From positions 128,001 to 192,000 of the forward strand of contig CAVRCI010000002.1 in assembly GCA_963719495.1 (NCBI GenBank): a stretch of 64,000 nt of DNA. The letters run 5' to 3'. Below are positions 61,634-64,000 of the stretch, in pieces. Below the pieces are notes generated by a model. It had not been told where the DNA came from and ran no database searches. It worked only from the letters and a program-made list of their open reading frames with translations. Position 1 is the first letter of the stretch, and every line of letters starts with the position of its first letter. This DNA comes from an uncultured Verrucomicrobiae bacterium (GTDB taxonomy: Bacteria; Verrucomicrobiota; Verrucomicrobiia; Chthoniobacterales; JAATET01). The translations under genes and the position numbers were made by a program.

Positions 61634-62521
61634 ATGGTGGAGGGTGATGTGATGGGTCGGAGAGTCGGAAAGCCGGGAGGTTGGAAGGGCGGAGGTCTGG
61701 ACTGGCGCTGCGCGCTTTTGTCGGGACTTGGTGTCTTCGGGGTGGCTCACGGGGCGGTGCTTTATGGGAGTCTGCGGCGAAACTCGGGTTGGTTTGGGCC
61801 GCTGGTTCGGGGGTTCGAGACGGCGGGGAAGGAGGTGTGGCTGACGATCGACGACGGGCCGGAGCCTCGGGACACGCCCGGGATGCTGGACGTGTTGGCG
61901 GAGCACGGGGCGCGGGCGACGTTTTTTTTCGTCGGGCGAAAGGCGGAGCGGGAACGGGATTTGGTCTGGCGGGCTCGGCGGGAGGGGCACGGGATCGGGA
62001 ATCACACGTATTCGCACCCGGCGGGGGCGTTTTGGACGTTGCCGCCTGGGATGATGGCGCGGGAGATTCGGCGGGGGGCGGACGCGCTGGAGGCGGCTTC
62101 GGGAGTTCGACCGACGCTGTTTCGGTCGCCGGTGGGGATGACGAATCCGTTCGTTCACCCGGTGCTTCGGCGGGAGGGGGCGGCGCTCGTGGGTTGGTCG
62201 GTGAGTGGGGTGGATGGGTTGGGCGATCGCGGCGAAGTTGTGGTGCGGCGGATCGTGGCGGGGCTGCGGCCCGGGGGGATCGCGGTGCTGCACGAGGGGG
62301 GGGCTCCGGGGCGGGTGGAGACTTTGCGGATGTTGCTGGAGGAGCTGGGTCGGTTGGGTTGGCGGTGCGTGGTGCCGGAGATTGGGCGGGTGATTTTTCA
62401 CGCAGAGCACCGGAGCCTGGGAAGGCTCGGGGCAGCTCCCGGCTCTGCGGGACCCGAAGGGCGAGACGAGCGGGAGCGAGCGAGGCAAGCGCAGAGGCGC
62501 AGAGGGGATGAAATTCGATGA
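61634..62521 (+). CDS. Polysaccharide deacetylase (NodB-like)
   Basis: LTIDDGP, GNHTYSH, FRSPVG, VLHEG. Confidence 0.9.
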   Translation: MVEGDVMGRRVGKPGGWKGGGLDWRCALLSGLGVFGVAHGAVLYGSLRRNSGWFGPLVRGFETAGKEVWLTIDDGPEPRDTPGMLDVLAEHGARATFFFVGRKAERERDLVWRARREGHGIGNHTYSHPAGAFWTLPPGMMAREIRRGADALEAASGVRPTLFRSPVGMTNPFVHPVLRREGAALVGWSVSGVDGLGDRGEVVVRRIVAGLRPGGIAVLHEGGAPGRVETLRMLLEELGRLGWRCVVPEIGRVIFHAEHRSLGRLGAAPGSAGPEGRDERERARQAQRRRGDEIR

Positions 62522-63432
62522 GTGGGGGGACGAAGCCTCATTACGAGAAGTGGTTTTTCAAGACGCTTTACACGCCGGCGGTCTTTGAGCTGATGGCGCG
62601 GTTGTCGGGGGTGTTTGGGCGGAGGTTTTGCCGGTGGGTGGGGCGGACGATTTCGTTGGGTTATGGACTGACGCAGACGGGGGTTCGCGAGACGGTGCAA
62701 CGGAATTTGAGCCTCCTGGGGGAAGAGGTGGCGACTCGGGAGAATGCGTTGGGGGTGTTCGCGGAGTTTGGCGAGACGATTGCGGATCTGGTGCGGTTGG
62801 GGGCGATCGATCCGGCCGACGCGGAGGCGATCTGTCCGGAGCGCGGGGGCGTGGAGCACATCGATGAGGCTCTGGCCCACGGGAAGGGGGCAATCCTGGC
62901 GACGGGGCACTTTGGTTTTTTCGAGTTCGGGGCATTGTTGCTGGGTCAGATGGGGTTGCCGATTTCGGTGGTGACTTTGTCGGAACACGTTCCGGCGCTG
63001 ACGGAATGGAGGGCGGACTTTCGGCGGAAATGGGGTGCGGACACGATCGAGATCGGGCCGGATGCGTTTTCCTCGCTGCGGGTCGTGAAGGTGCTCAACG
63101 GCGGTGGGCTGGCGGCGATGCTGGTGGACCGGCCGCACGATCATGCGGCGGTGGTGGCGGCTCCGAATGGGCGGACCCGGTTTTCGGAATCACCGGCGCT
63201 GCTGGCTTATCTGGGGGATTGTCCGGTGATCCCGGTGACGATTTCGCGGCGCGCGGACGGAAATTACCGGATGGTGGCGCGGCCTTGCGTCTGGCCGCGG
63301 CGGCTCGGGGAAAACCGGGCGGAGTGCGTGCGGCTGGGGACGGAGGCGGTGGCGGCGGGGTTGTTTGCGGAGTTCCAGCGGGAGCCTCGGCAGTGGTTTC
63401 ACTTTGTGCCGGTGGGGGTTGGGGGGGCGTGA
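62518..63432 (+). CDS. LpxL/HtrB-family acyltransferase
   Basis: GKGAILATGHFGFFE, LVDR, PRQWFHF. Confidence 0.88.
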   Translation: MSGGTKPHYEKWFFKTLYTPAVFELMARLSGVFGRRFCRWVGRTISLGYGLTQTGVRETVQRNLSLLGEEVATRENALGVFAEFGETIADLVRLGAIDPADAEAICPERGGVEHIDEALAHGKGAILATGHFGFFEFGALLLGQMGLPISVVTLSEHVPALTEWRADFRRKWGADTIEIGPDAFSSLRVVKVLNGGGLAAMLVDRPHDHAAVVAAPNGRTRFSESPALLAYLGDCPVIPVTISRRADGNYRMVARPCVWPRRLGENRAECVRLGTEAVAAGLFAEFQREPRQWFHFVPVGVGGA

Positions 63433-63684
63433 TTGGTGATTGGTGATTGGTGACTGGTGACTGGTGATTGGTGGGTGAGGGGGGAGTGTCCGGCTTTGCC
63501 GGATTGGGTTGGGTCGGTAGCCGGAGCGAAGCGGAGATAGGCGGAGCCAATTGCAAATTGCCTCTTCTTGGAATGCGGGCGGCTCCCCGGCTTTGCCGGG
63601 GTTGCCTTGTTGATGCGGCGGGACGCCGCATCTCGCACGCGGGGACGCGTGCGCTCCCCAGCGGCTGGAGCCGCCGCTCTTGAA

Positions 63685-64000
63685 TCAGCCTTTTTTTGTC
63701 GTTTGGATGTGGAGGTCTCTTAGTTGGCGGGGTTCGACCCCTGCCGGGCTGTGGGACATGAGGTCCTGGCCTCGGTTGTTTTTGGGGAACGCGATGACGT
63801 CGCGGATGGATTCCGCGCCCGCCAGGAGCATGACCAATCTGTCCAAGCCGAAGGCGATTCCGCCGTGGGGTGGGGCTCCGAAGCGGAAGGCGTCGAGGAT
63901 GTGGCCGAAGAGTTCGGTCTGCTCTTCGTCGCTGACGCCGAGGGCGGTGAACATTTTCTTTTGAAGGTCGCCTTCGTGAATTCGGAGGCTGCCGCCGCCG
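63685..64000 (-). CDS. aspS: Aspartate-tRNA ligase, 3' end (partial)
   Basis: [32 protein letters not shown]. Confidence 0.95.
   Translation of the reverse strand, partial: GGGSLRIHEGDLQKKMFTALGVSDEEQTELFGHILDAFRFGAPPHGGIAFGLDRLVMLLAGAESIRDVIAFPKNNRGQDLMSHSPAGVEPRQLRDLHIQTTKKG

Noticed and set aside
47714..63638. Long antisense/alternate ORFs (e.g. 57531-59924, 60620-62488, 51214-52437, 47812-48723)
   Set aside because: Shadow frames of GC-rich skewed genes with Pro/Arg/His-rich composition; only the last 117 codons of 57531-59924 (cupin) are real.
1..64000. tRNA, rRNA, IS transposase, reverse transcriptase
   Set aside because: No recognisable motifs seen by eye.

Overview
Bases 1-47.5 kb are a large sedentary chromosomal integron array. 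I counted by eye 78 attC sites (mostly 125-130 bp), giving 78 complete cassettes plus one partial, all on the minus strand. The array ends at an attI crossover near 47491, followed by a divergently transcribed integron integrase (47745-49352) with a long N-terminal extension. Cassette cargo includes 7 toxin-antitoxin modules, 2 HNH nucleases, a PD-(D/E)XK nuclease with TM helices, a proteasome-type Ntn hydrolase pair, a SeqA-C-like protein, an ACP-domain protein, 2 PEP-CTERM proteins, lipoproteins and 2 pseudogenes. About 31 cassettes belong to 7 repeated families with no recognisable gene. The main family (A) has 13 copies with a body of exactly 336 bp, its own attC type, occupies position 1 next to attI, and shows signs of a cryptic 95-codon ORF running into the attC. 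Family B has a compensated GGT/ACC core instead of GTT/AAC. Downstream of intI are a ~280-bp tandem repeat and GC-rich, strongly G-skewed backbone genes: two ABC exporters, cardiolipin synthase, cupin, SDR, polyprenyl synthase, an acyltransferase/GT2/deacetylase/acyltransferase operon, and the 3' end of aspS. A Verrucomicrobia/PVC-type host is inferred, not shown.
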